Shown piece after piece: positions 25,601-38,100 of a stretch of 64,000 nt of DNA. The translations under genes were made by a program, and so were the position numbers. The stretch is taken from the NCBI RefSeq assembly GCF_963676685.1, contig NC_092352.1, positions 55,676,001 through 55,740,000 of the forward strand. The letters are read 5' to 3'. The first letter of the stretch is position 1. The number at the start of each line of letters is the position of its first letter. The notes under the pieces are model-generated. The model did not search any database and was not told the DNA's origin. It was given only the letters and a program-made list of their open reading frames with translations. This DNA is from Mytilus edulis (lineage: Eukaryota).

Positions 25601-26320
25601 GTAAACAAAAAGATCTTTTATGTTGTGAAGGTGTTAACTTGCTTCACAAAGACGAAAATCTGTTCTAATTTAAAGGTAAGTATTAATTTCTGGAGAAGTG
25701 GAAATGAAGTTTAATTTTCTAACGAAATATATTGTAAATCACATACAATGTAATGCTTAAAATACGGTTGCATTTACAAAGGTACATGAGGTAGGTTATT
25801 TCCCTTTAAACATTAACTCGACTAAAAAAGATAATATTGTAGAAAACTAAATTTGCAAATATCAAGCGCTCATGATTTAATATCATGACTTATATGCACC
25901 AGCATTGATATGCTACGGATCGCTACTTAACAGGCATATTTATACTACTAACTAAAAAAACTATTTTGTCATTTATGTCTGGAATAACTGCAAATATCTT
26001 TCTGACATCCAAAGCTTTTCAGTATGATACAGAGGGTATTTTTTTTTGGGGGGGGGGGGGGGGGGGGGGAGAGCAAAAAACACCTATTAGACCTATTAGA
26101 CAAAAAGCTAATTTTCATTAAAAAAAAAACGGAAGATATTTATGTTGGCTGTTCTGATTTTGCAGAAAAGCCATACTTATTCTTAATTGTTAACATGATA
26201 AATATATCTGGTATACCGGCATTTGAATTTGCCTTTTACATATCTTTTCAATTCAGACCTCATCCGATTTATTAAAATACTCGTCATCATGTGATTTTAC
26301 TTTCAAGCTTTATTTTTCAG

Positions 26321-28351
26321 ATGGTATCTGAAGCGCATGTTTTAAGTATTCTTCGGAACTTGGAAAAATACTGGACTTTAGAGCGATATCTTGATTTTAC
26401 TATAAATGCCAAAGATGGAAGTATCCAGTGTCATCAAATCCTTTTTTCCAGTTTATGTAAACTTTTTCAAAAACCAGGAACAACAGCAACATCCTTCAAA
26501 AATTCTTTGAATAAAGAAACATGTCTCAATAATGTAGCGTATTTTCTATCAATGCTCTATAAACCTACAATAAAACCTCAGGATTTAAATGAAACTTTTA
26601 TCTCAGCAGCAAAAATGTTTGGGTTGCCAATTCCTCATCTGACAAAAGGCTCAAGAAAACAAAGTTGTTTACACGAAGAATTTGTTAAGCAGAGAAATTT
26701 GACCTTTGGTAACACTTTAGCAAATTCCAGAATAAACGAGAGTTTATCTGATATATTTCTGCTCGTGCAAAAACAAAGATTTTGCTGTCATAAGGTTATT
26801 TTAGCGACTTTCTCTGCATATTTTGACGCCATGTTTTCTTCGGAGCTCAGCGAGTTACATCAGGAGGAAGTCACAATTCATGATGTAGATAAAAAGACGT
26901 TCAGTAAGATTCTCGACTTTATGTATACTGGTGAAATTGCTGTTACAATACAGAATGTCCAGGATTTGATGTCTACCTCATCTTACTTACAGATTCCTTT
27001 ACTTCAAGCTCAATGTGAGCGTTTTATGGTACGCCATATTGAAATTGACAATTGCATTGACGTGGTTCAACTCGGCGACACAGTCGGGTCTGATTATCTA
27101 GTTTGTAAAGGGATAAGCTTTGTGTGTCGCCATTTTAGTTCTGTATCAAAAAACAAAGAATTCCTAACACTAACGAAAAGTATGATAAATAGAATTTTGC
27201 AAAATGACCAGATAAATGCAGAGAATGAATATGTGATCTTAAAATTTGTACTTTTATGGATTAAACAGCAGAAAGATAAAGTCGAAATTACTGATCTTAT
27301 GAAAAATGTTAGACTTTCATTAGTTTTAGAAAGTGCATTAGAAGAAACTTTGGAAAACCCTATAGTCAAGAAAGACAAAAACTGTGTTCAGTATATCAAT
27401 GATGTAATACAAAACAAGATAAGTAAAGAAGAACGTACCAGAACATTTGAAACAGAAGATGTCATGGTTGTTATGTGGTCCTCTAGTTATATACCAGGAC
27501 TTCACTTAGCATGCTTTAGTTTTGTAAACAACTATTGGTACCAGTTGCCGGGGTTACCAACTCATTCGACCGGAGGTTCGTATGGCGCATGTTCCAACGA
27601 CAGTGACATTTATATATGCGGAGGTAGTGGAAATCCAACAGCTTTCCATCGATTCAATTTTACTTCAAATAAATGGCAAAAATTAGGTCCAATTGAGTTT
27701 AAATATGGACGCGCAGATCATGCCATGGTCATTAAGAATGATGATCTGTATATGCTGGGCGGAAGTCAGGATAGAATCGTGGTATGGCCATATGTAGACA
27801 AATACAATATAACGGATAAGTCATGGAATCGAATTGGTTCGCTCAGCATTGCTGTATCCAATCCTTCATGTGCAATATTTAATGAAAGCATTATAGTATT
27901 TGGAGGTAATAAGTCTTTTGGTGAATTTGTCTCTGCTATTCAGATGTACGATTTAACAACCAACTCGTGCACCTCGTTTTCAAAGTTACCAATAATGTGC
28001 AGTTTTAGTGGACTAGTAATGAATGAAGATGTAGCATATATTGTTGGTCCAAAAGGAGATGTGGTTTTATATGAACATGGTAAAGATCCGGTTGTTTTAG
28101 GTTCAGTGCACAAACAAACAATGTTTGGATTTGGTACAGCATTTTATAATGGTAAAGTGTTTGTAATAGGTGGAAGCTCGGATCGCATGGAGTCAACTGA
28201 AGCAAGGGCGTTTGATGTCGTGTCTAAAACTGCTTCTATGACTAATAGGAACATGAAAGTACCTGCTAAAAAGGAATCAAACCAGTATTTCATGATAAGC
28301 CACAACATTCGCAAATCTTTACTTATACCGGAAAATTTGTACAAAGATTGA
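26321..28351 (+). CDS. Kelch-like protein (KLHL24-like) with tandem BTB, BACK and Kelch repeats; single coding exon
   Basis: ATG at 26321 directly after acceptor ttttcag. BTB motifs DFTINAKDGSIQCHQILFS and SDIFLLVQKQRFCCHKVILATFSAYFDAMF, BACK region NAENEYVILKFVLLWI, Kelch IYICGG/LYMLGG/IIVFGG/VFVIGG. Probable non-coding exon 1 ends at 25675 (AAG|GTAAGT). Confidence 0.92.
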   Translation: MVSEAHVLSILRNLEKYWTLERYLDFTINAKDGSIQCHQILFSSLCKLFQKPGTTATSFKNSLNKETCLNNVAYFLSMLYKPTIKPQDLNETFISAAKMFGLPIPHLTKGSRKQSCLHEEFVKQRNLTFGNTLANSRINESLSDIFLLVQKQRFCCHKVILATFSAYFDAMFSSELSELHQEEVTIHDVDKKTFSKILDFMYTGEIAVTIQNVQDLMSTSSYLQIPLLQAQCERFMVRHIEIDNCIDVVQLGDTVGSDYLVCKGISFVCRHFSSVSKNKEFLTLTKSMINRILQNDQINAENEYVILKFVLLWIKQQKDKVEITDLMKNVRLSLVLESALEETLENPIVKKDKNCVQYINDVIQNKISKEERTRTFETEDVMVVMWSSSYIPGLHLACFSFVNNYWYQLPGLPTHSTGGSYGACSNDSDIYICGGSGNPTAFHRFNFTSNKWQKLGPIEFKYGRADHAMVIKNDDLYMLGGSQDRIVVWPYVDKYNITDKSWNRIGSLSIAVSNPSCAIFNESIIVFGGNKSFGEFVSAIQMYDLTTNSCTSFSKLPIMCSFSGLVMNEDVAYIVGPKGDVVLYEHGKDPVVLGSVHKQTMFGFGTAFYNGKVFVIGGSSDRMESTEARAFDVVSKTASMTNRNMKVPAKKESNQYFMISHNIRKSLLIPENLYKD

Positions 28352-29714
28352 CATGACGGGCCGAAGAACAATGAAGACAAATTACTTACTTTTACATGTG
28401 GAGCAGGACTTATTAGCACCTGATATCATCCCGTTTGTTTTGTTTAATGTGTGTTGTTCACTCTTTGAGAGTTAAATTTTGTATTTCGTAAACTCTGTGT
28501 CCTTTGCACTGTTTTACCATGACGTTTGGCAGAGTGTCTTTGACTTGTACGCGTTTGAATGTTCATTTGGTATCCCCCTTCGTTACTTTAAACCGGAATA
28601 ATACATATATAGATGCGAAGAATCGTTTTTTACGTAACTTAGCTCACAAATTGTGAAAGTACGAATTATAGTTTAAAGTGTATGACTTCGTGCAACAGTC
28701 GAAATAAAGCGAAGAAATTCATCTGTTCTTTCAAACCGCCGAACCACAATTTAGAATTGTACTCCAGGGCAATGTACACGAACTAGTTTATAGGCAAATA
28801 TAAAGATTGTTGAAAGGGATTTCCGAGTGTTTATTTATTTTGAATCTACTTCTTATCCTTTCACTAAAGTTTGCTGTAAAAGGTCCTTGGTCTTAATTCT
28901 TATCGCTGATGACTTGCAATATTGCATGTTCCCAAGAACATAGAATTCCATATGCATAGGATGATAGAAGCTTTTGATATTTCTGGCTCTATAGAAATTG
29001 AGAAAAGTTCTAATTGAACGCTGACTATAGCTAATACGAAACACTTTATATATGCTATAACAATAGAGTAAAAAAAAAATCGTTATTTATATTGTACTCA
29101 ATTATTTATGTTCTACTGTTATTTCTATGCATAAATACAATTTAAACATATTGTGATGAATATATGAACTTTTCATCTGTATTTTTATAAGATTTCTCTG
29201 TGCTCAAATACAATTTAAACACATTGTTATAAATTTGACGTTTTCATTTGTATTTTTATAAGATTTTATTTTTTACAGGAGTAATAAAACGTATAATCAA
29301 ATACACAATTTGGTATAAACAACACAAGACTGTGTATACATACATTAAGGTTACGTGAGGCAAAGGTTAAAACAATAATCATGGAAGACTGGTTTCTTCT
29401 CCAAAAAGTTGACACCAATGGCGTGTATAAGGTGGTATTCCCTTTATGTTCCCGTAACTACAATAGGGTAATAATGATAACAGAGAAATACCACGTTTGG
29501 TCATCAGATCAAGACATCACTAGACAAAACACAATGCAAAGACAATACTGAACACCCGTATTTCAAGGAAGACTACGTCACAGTAATCATAAAACTTATG
29601 TACATATACTTTTTTCTCAAGAGAATTTTATAATTTGTCTAAATTTAGATATGTAATCTTTATTCTCAAACTATAAGATATAACGATATATACACGGAGA
29701 TATAACACCAAAAG

Positions 29715-30690
29715 AAATTGTCAATCGAAGATGAAGAACTTCCATCATTGTATTGGAAATTAACCTTAACTACACAAGTGTCCCTACTAACAACGATATA
29801 TATATTACTAGGTCTTCCAATTACTCCTCAAAACCTCTTTCGTATTTATTAACATCAATTTTATCAGTAATCAAGGTCGGGCTTTACAGTTATTGTGAAA
29901 CTGCCTATTCTATAGGTGGCTTGAATCAAATGTGGATACTTAAAAAATCCAAATATCATTTAGAGTACATATGCAATCTAAAACTCTTTTATCTTGCAAT
30001 ATTATTAAAATATTTAACTTTTCTACCCTTTACACAAGTATTCTCAATTCCAAACTAAAAGACAAATTGAACGCATCGATCTATCCTATCGAAATAGAGA
30101 TTAAGGATACAACAGATAGTAAAGTCTGTCTCATATCTTGACTTACATCTAAAAAATGACATTGAGGATCGGTTGAACATAAAACTTTACGACAAAAGAG
30201 ATGATTTCAGTTTCCCAATTGTGAACTTCCAATTTCTATGTAGCAACATCCCAACAGCGCCTGCATACGGAGCCACCTATAGATAGGCTGGTTCCCAATA
30301 ACTTGGAAGCCCGGCTTTGCTTACTGATAAAATTGATACAATATTCACGGGCTTGTATTTTAAATCATGATTCCTACTCACAAGAAAACTATTAAACCAA
30401 GAGTTCCAAAAGGTGAAGTTGAAATCATCCTTTCGTAAATTTTACTGACGCCGTCACGACTTGGTTGGCCGTTACGGAAAATCCGTTTCACAGATGTTCA
30501 TTATGTCGTAGCTACAATCTCTTACACTTTTCACGAATAATAACATGAGCAACACGACGGGTGCCACGTGTGGAACAGGATCCGCTAACCCTTCCGGAGC
30601 AACCACAGATTTTGTTCGTCTGTTTTGTCTTTTTTTCTTTTTTAGCTATGGCGTTGTCAGTTTATTTTCGATCTACGAGTTTGAATGTTC
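29715..30690 (+). mobile_element. Degenerate Penelope-like retroelement (RT C-terminal/thumb region)
   Basis: Translatable pieces IYPIEIEIKDTTD, SVSYLDLHL and IKLYDKRDDFSFPIVNFQFLCSNIPTAPAYG (~30075-30270), typical of the region after the PLE reverse transcriptase; many frameshifts. Confidence 0.7.
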
Positions 30691-31549
30691 CTCTAGTATC
30701 TGTTGCCACATTTTACATAAATGTATCTCGCTACAAACACAAATTTTCTTGTCAAGATTAAATACGAGCTGAAAATAGTCACAACGCAGACATGTTTCCC
30801 CACAATCATAATTTTTTACTCTAAAATAAAAGTCTTCTTTTTCTATACAGGACGTATTCTTGCTTAAGAACCAGAATTGAGATTTAGAATGTTTTTCGTT
30901 TGACACAACAACTTCTCGTTTTTGAGTCGAAAACCGTACTAGAAGACCATTCAGACCAATTGATATTTTTATTGTTTGTGGCGGTATTGTCAAACTAAAT
31001 CTCGCATGATCTTCGCTAGCCAAGGATTGCGATTCACTCCTCTCTTCAGAGGCTCCTGGGGAGGAGGGGAGTGGATTGTACCCCTTGGCTAACGATGATA
31101 ATCTGGCATTAGCAAAACAATTATGCAGGCATACATTTTTTTCCTTTCGCAAAGCCCTTCTTACATTGGTGACTTGACTGTTGTTTTTCTACGGTAATAT
31201 AGTCAAATTTCTGACCAGACGGAGAGTTATTTGATGAGATTGCACTTTGGTCAGAACATAGGATGAACTGCAATGTAGAGAGGAATTCCATTGTTATTGA
31301 AGCATGAGGATTTTCGAGATTGTCTTATGAAGATACAAAGTATTCTCAAAAACAAAGCAGCTTACAAACCTAGTAAATGTTAAGAAAAGTCATATTTTGG
31401 TTAACATAATTATATCCAGGAAGAAAAATTGAATTAGAACGACCACGCGGTTGATATGTGCAAAAGTCACAATAGACTACTGACTTGAAATGTTATTAAT
31501 GTTATAGTAATATTTCCAGGGTTATTTTGTCTTCCGGTTTTCTCTAAAT

Positions 31550-33307
31550 TCAATTGTGTTTACTTCGAGATAACGTTTCGAGATATTTCTTATTAATTAC
31601 AGTTTTCACGCAGCCGATACCCGAAGCTTTTTGTGGTAGGACATCTGCTGATATTGATGAGGTTGATGTTAGAAGATCAAAGGTAATACAGTCCCCATAT
31701 GAATGGTCAGAGTCCATACCACCAAGGACGATAATTGAATTATTCTTTAACACTGCACCAAAGCTATAGCGGTCGAATCCGGGTATTTTTCCCTTTTCTT
31801 CCGTTGTTCCATCTGCTGAAAATACAATAACATCTCCATCTGGGCAGACGAGATAAATGTTATGGTCATGTGATATTGCAGACGATAACCTACAGTATAC
31901 GGGAAGTTCACACACTATATTGCACGTTTTTAGTCTAGTATCAAAGCATTGAACAATTTTCGTATCAAAATCTTCACGTGTAACGCCTCCAAACAAATAT
32001 ATTTTCTCTCTATCTACCGCAACGGACGCAGAACGCACAGCCACCGAAAGATACCCGGCGTCTTCCCAACTTCCAGTTGCTATGCTATATTGTTCAATAC
32101 TCATTAAAGTTCGGAAGTCATCGTCATTATTGTCATCAAACCCTCCCAATACGTAAACATGTTCCCCAACTGCTACCATGGCATGGCGTCGGCGTCCAAG
32201 CAGCATAGGTTCGCAGTATACCCATTTGTTTTGAGTACTTATATAGCAGAGCATTGCATTCATTTTTGTGCTACCACCCGAAATATAAATAGCATTGCCA
32301 TATGAACAAGTTGCAAATTCTACACCCGGATCATGCGGCATAGATGCCAACGAGAACCATTTACTTCTCTTTTCACTGTAACATATCACGCGTTGTGTTG
32401 TTTTGGAATTGTCGTCTGTACCGCCGACACAAACCACTACCTCCTCAAAGTCGCCGAAATTCCGAAAGCTCATTCGAGGCGAAACAAACTCCTGTCTTCT
32501 GGCGGGCAACAAGTGGTATCGTTTGGCTTCTTCTAAAACATCCCGACAGGATTGGTCGTGTCTAATCAACTTATCCTGCTCGAGCACATCAATTAAATAT
32601 TCCGGTTGTATAAGAGGGAGACGCAGTTTTTCAAAAATTCTGGGAAGGTCTTTTATTCTGTTATCAACATTAAAATGCACCCACTTCATAACAGCTTCGC
32701 ATACTAGCTCTTCACTTTTAATGTTCAAATTGTTATTATCTATTATTTGCAATAATTCGTCACAATCAATAGCCAAAAAATCTTCAGTTTTACATATTTG
32801 TTCAAAATAATACAATATGAACTGGAAAGCCCTCTCTGCAAGACACAGACAGCCATGACCTTGGGCTAACTTCCAGGCACCTAAAGAATTTTCAGGATCA
32901 AGTTTCCCCACCATATATTCCTCACATCTTTCTTGCAGACATTTTATTTGTAGCATCACTGCCGCTTGCAGAAGGGAATCAACATTTTCTGTGTCTATAA
33001 AATCCTGTCCACCGTAGATAAATTTCAGGATCTTCTCGAATGCCTCACTTTCAACATTTTGAAGGTGAACGATGCCATCTTGACATTCCTTCATGCCAGA
33101 AGCGAACATTGCACTAAAATACGGTGACATAATTGACAAGACTATACGATGACAGTTAAATGTTTTATCATCAATTATAATTTTAATGTCAGTAAACTCT
33201 TCATTACTTAGTGCCTGTGCAAGGCCATGACATATTTCTTTATGATATCGTACCCGCCATGCTTCACAACTGTCGTCTGTCCAGCTCATTCCATTGTTGT
33301 CATTCAT
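31550..33307 (-). CDS. Kelch-like protein (KLHL24-like BTB-BACK-Kelch), 585 aa, single coding exon
   Basis: FTDIKIIIDDKTFNCHRIVLSIMSPYFSAMF (BTB), SEELVCEAVMKWV...LRLPLI (BACK), Kelch repeats IYISGG/VYVLGG/IYLFGG/IIVLGG. Splice acceptor at 33318-33319 just upstream; probable exon-1 donor at 35041. Confidence 0.95.
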   Translation of the reverse strand: MNDNNGMSWTDDSCEAWRVRYHKEICHGLAQALSNEEFTDIKIIIDDKTFNCHRIVLSIMSPYFSAMFASGMKECQDGIVHLQNVESEAFEKILKFIYGGQDFIDTENVDSLLQAAVMLQIKCLQERCEEYMVGKLDPENSLGAWKLAQGHGCLCLAERAFQFILYYFEQICKTEDFLAIDCDELLQIIDNNNLNIKSEELVCEAVMKWVHFNVDNRIKDLPRIFEKLRLPLIQPEYLIDVLEQDKLIRHDQSCRDVLEEAKRYHLLPARRQEFVSPRMSFRNFGDFEEVVVCVGGTDDNSKTTQRVICYSEKRSKWFSLASMPHDPGVEFATCSYGNAIYISGGSTKMNAMLCYISTQNKWVYCEPMLLGRRRHAMVAVGEHVYVLGGFDDNNDDDFRTLMSIEQYSIATGSWEDAGYLSVAVRSASVAVDREKIYLFGGVTREDFDTKIVQCFDTRLKTCNIVCELPVYCRLSSAISHDHNIYLVCPDGDVIVFSADGTTEEKGKIPGFDRYSFGAVLKNNSIIVLGGMDSDHSYGDCITFDLLTSTSSISADVLPQKASGIGCVKTVINKKYLETLSRSKHN

Positions 33308-34169
33308 TATGAAAAATCTGAAGAAAAAAAAACTTTAGCATATATGTTGTTATACATCGTGAACTGGTAATCTATATAGCTAATAATGAAGAAAAAACAT
33401 CATGGAGTGGAAAGGACCGCTCCCTACAACTCTTTCATCATTTTTTAATTTCAGTTGCACGAGCACGTGAAAACGATTGTCCATTTTGAGAGAAAATAGG
33501 GGGACATGTAAGAAATGCATGATCTGTGTGCTTAAGCAAATGCATAGTGCACTGGCAATATTCAAATGTTGTCTATGAACCTGGCTGCTCTAGTAAGTAC
33601 GGATTTTGTGACTGAAGATCGGTGAACAAGGGTTTTAAAACACGGGATCAGTCACGTGAAACAAAATTAGTTGATGCATGAACCAAGTCAGGAATATGAC
33701 ATTTGTTGTCCATTCGTTTGATGTGTTAGAGCTTTTTGATTTTGCTATTTGATTTAGGATCCTTTAGGACTTTCCGTTTTGAGTTTTCCTCGGAGTTCAG
33801 TATTTTTGTGACATTAATTTTAATAGTGTACATGGTGTAATCAAATAATGTTTTGTCGTTTCGGTCTCATTATCGTGACCATATATTAGTGAACGATAAA
33901 TACATTGACAACGATCGATGTGATGATGATTGTGACTATGATGACGAAAAGGGTCGGTATATTTCCAACGCTGCTTTCCAATCTAAGTGAGAAATTTATA
34001 AATCGTGAAAGCGTCCCAGTTACTGGTTGGCTAGATATATAGCAATAGCTCCTTCTCAAACACTCAGTTTTACCATGTTCAGTTTATGCCAATAGTTAAC
34101 GTTCAATATTATAACTCAACAAAAGCAGATGGTTTCACTGCACTATCGTATTAGGAAAAAAAGGAGTTC

Positions 34170-34470
34170 TTAATTTCTAATGTCTATAATTTTAAATGGT
34201 CTGCTATTTCGGGTCAATTCGTGTCCTCTTCGATGTTTGTGTAGAACATAGTCAGCCTTTGATGTCTCCTCCGTTCTTGAAGAGGTGGTAATTCTAGCCT
34301 AGGTTTTAGCTTTGGATGCATATTTGTTACGCATCCTGTTTCTCTAGATTTGTAGTCGTGCAGTATGAAACGTGCACCTCTTTTCTGTATGCTTTCTATC
34401 TTTTCTATTTCACAAGTAGTGAATAGGTCCCAAATAACAGGACCGTATTCTAGTTCCAGATCTAACCATG
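34170..34470 (-). mobile_element. Non-LTR retrotransposon (CR1/L2-like) ORF2 C-terminal fragment
   Basis: Minus-strand translation LEYGPVIWDLFTTCEIEKIESIQKRGARFILHDYKSRETGCVT...LPPLQERRRHQRLTMFY fits the LEY..VWDP...E.VQRRAARF...L..RR...RL consensus. Confidence 0.75.
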
Positions 34471-35151
34471 GCTAACTCAGATAGCTAAGTAATCTAGCTT
34501 ATCACCAAATACATATACAGATACTTGATGCAGAGATATATACAAAAAAAGCCATACTATATATAGATGTATGTTCATGGTGTAAGTAAAACAGTATAAA
34601 TATGTTCACAATTATAATATAATGTATTCATAACAGATGTCTCCGATAGTTATGTCTACAACAATTTAAATTAAATCAAACTGCTATACACTCAGGCTAT
34701 ACATTAATTGTTTTCATTGTTAGTTATACCATGTAAACGTCTTTGCATTACTATATGGAAGGAATTGTACTATATAAATCCGTTTTTGATATTCAAAATC
34801 CTTGTTCTATGCATGTTTGACATTATATAATACTAAACAGTTATCATTGTCAATACACTGTATTGTTTACGTTGGTTACACATGTTACATGTATACTGTG
34901 ACTTTTTTAAAGCTTGAATATCGCCTCTCCTCAGCACACCTTTAAGTTAATGATTAATATATAATTTCTTAAATGACATAAATTGAGTTTATATAATTTG
35001 TATGTGTCAGAAAGATTAACATCATTAATACAAATACTTACATTGAGGAGCGGTTGACTCACATTTCAAAGGGAGATAAATTGTCATTTGAGCTATCATG
35101 TGACCATCATATGCCTTCCGGATTACATTTGAGAAACGGAAATCAGTAGAA

Positions 35152-38100
35152 ATGGAGGTCTTATGGATTTTAAAAGCAATTTGTTTGTCTTTAATGACAA
35201 AATTTGTTCAGGTAATAAAAATATGAAACAGTTCATGTTTTCGTTTAATGTCTGCAGTTGTTACTCGAGGAACTCAGAAACTTGTTTGTCAATAATTATT
35301 ATGATGTTTATGTTTACATAATTACATGTACATTTATGAAAAAGACTGATTAATTTGTCGAAATGAAAACTACACATGAGACAACAACATTAATAATAGT
35401 GTCTTTTTAAAGTTACATCAACAGAACTTTAACAGTAAATCAATTATTACAAAAATAGATACACATTTATTTACTAAATTACACAAATTATGACATTGTT
35501 TACTTTTGAGAACTTATATTAAGTGTTGGTGTTTTTAATGTTAAATCAACAGAACTTTGCCACAAAAAGTACATTAATTATTACAAACACATGTATTTAT
35601 CTGTTAACTAAAATGACACAAATTATGACATTGTTTATTTTTGATAACTTAGTCAAAAGTTTATAGGTTTATCTGTTAACTTAATTACACAAATTATGAC
35701 ATTGTTTATTTTTGATAACTTAGTCAAAAGTTTATCTAGGATTGTTAACAGGTTGTTCTAAGCTAATTTTATAATTTAAATTAGGATTTTAACTTTTCCC
35801 TCTGAAATTTAAAAGATAATACATTTAAAAAAATATCTACATGGCGGGTATTAACTGATACTCCCTTTTAAATTTAATATAAAAAAATCATAACTCCTAA
35901 ATGACCTCTGCATAACACTCTTCTAAGACAATTATGTTTATAATATATACACCTGCATACATGTACATGAACTACACTTATTAATCATGTTTATCTTTCA
36001 TACTTTAAAAAAAAAAACAATTTTGCTTTTTAAGATATTTCTATTTCGCTAATTTTGATGTCCTGCTATAACTTACAGACTTTGATTATAATTATATGTT
36101 AGAACTTTGTTTATATTTAGGGTGTAACATACTGTCCAAAAGAAGCATGCTATGATGATGACTGTAAGTACTTATAAACTTAAGGACCTATTTTTAACCT
36201 GGGAAGGGTCAGATGTCCTGTTCTAGACTATTTTATAATACACATGTACGTACATGTGTATATAATTTGTGTATGCAATCAGCATGATCAGAGACATATA
36301 TGAAATATATAGGTCTCTGATGAAATCTGAAAAAGCTTAAATAATATTTAATTTGGTGAATAATAATATTCTATTCTATAATTTATGTACCTTCCCTCAT
36401 TTTAGTGTCCAGAAGGCAGATTTAGGGGGGGGGGTATATTGGTTATATAGGGAATATCACTGAAGAGTGAGGGAAGCGGGCCCCCTCTTAGGCAGTCAGT
36501 GGGCCCCCACTTATGAAAAATTCTGGATCAGCCACTGGACTGTCTACCTTTTCCCTTCTCATTTGGAATTTGAGTTTAGTATCATATAATAGGAAAGATT
36601 GTTACCTTCTATACATGTACATGTCATGTAATTTTCCTTGTGTTCTTTCTTTCTTAAAGAACTAGTTGGGTATCATTTGTATGTTTTATTAAATACATGT
36701 ATATACATATATGTTGCACAAATGCAAGAAACAACCAATCTTAATACTGAAAATTCAGAACTAATTGCTAGGTTTTTATTGTCGGGCCTTCAACTTTAGT
36801 AAAAAAAGCGAGACTAAGCGATCCTACATTCCGTTGGCGGCGGCGTCCACAAATATTCACTCTGTGGTTAAAGTTTTTGAAATTTTAATAACTTTCTTAA
36901 ACTATACTGGATTTCTACCAAGCTTGGAAAGAAGCTTGTTTATGATCATAAGATAGTATCCAGAAGTAAATTTTGTAAAAATAAAATTCCATTTTTTCCG
37001 TATTTTACTTATAAATAGACTTAGTTTTTCTGCGGGGAAACATAACATTCACTCTGTGGTTAAAGTTTTTTAAATTTTAATAACTTTCTTAAACTATCCT
37101 GGGTTTGTACCAAACTTAGACAGAAGCTTGTTTACGTTCATAAGATAGTATGCAGTAGTAAATTTTGTAAAAAAATAAATCCATTTTTTCCGTATTTTAC
37201 TTTTAAATGGACTTAGTTTTTCTGCGGGGAAACATTACATTTCCTTTGTGGTTAAAGTTTTTAAAACATTTATTAGATTCAAAAACTATCCTGGATTTTT
37301 ACCAAACTTGGACAGAAGCTTCTTACAATCAAAAGATAGTATCAAGAGGAATATTTTTATTGATTTTTTTCCTCACTTTTGTTGAGCCTGCGATTTACAG
37401 CAAAAGTAGGCAAGACACCGGGTTCCATGGAACCCTTACAAATTTTTAATGAGAATAATGCACTTTAATAATTAGTGAGTATCACAATAATAAAGATTTC
37501 ACATTCTGATATCAATAAATATATAATTGTAATGTATGCATGTTTTCCTGCAATCATAATAATTATTCTACAAACATTGCAATAATATTTGTATGCAGTA
37601 ATTTCTGAGTTTACAGTATTGCAACCATAAATTCTGATACATGTAGTTACGAAAATATGCAACGGAGTTCTGTATTATTTCAGATTATTGCTGTGACGGG
37701 TGGTGTTGTCAAAATTACAGTGTTTATCAAGTTTGGTGTAAGTATTAGTATATAATAGTCATAAACCTTCTATATATGTATAGGCTCCATGTTGAAGGCT
37801 GTACCTTGACCTATGATGGTTTACTTTTATAAATTGTTATTTGGATTGAGAGCTGTCTCATTGGCACTCATACCACATCTACCTATATCTATTTGTCAAT
37901 ACAGATCCTAAAATCAAATAGTACATTATACTTACTTTATAATATTTGCAGGTTTTTTAGTAAATAAATATTAGAGTTATATGTGGCATGTTCTAAATTA
38001 TTGAGTACTATATTCAATGTAGGCACCATTATTATTTTTATATTTTCATTTTTCTTGTACAAAAAGAAAATATGGATTAGATATACCAAAGAGTATTATA

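Noticed and set aside
26024-26275. ORF with poly-Gly run
   Set aside because: Produced by an intronic T/G homopolymer tract in the Kelch 5'UTR intron.
32333-32810. Plus-strand ORFs overlapping the minus-strand Kelch gene
   Set aside because: Antisense shadow frames with no domain features.
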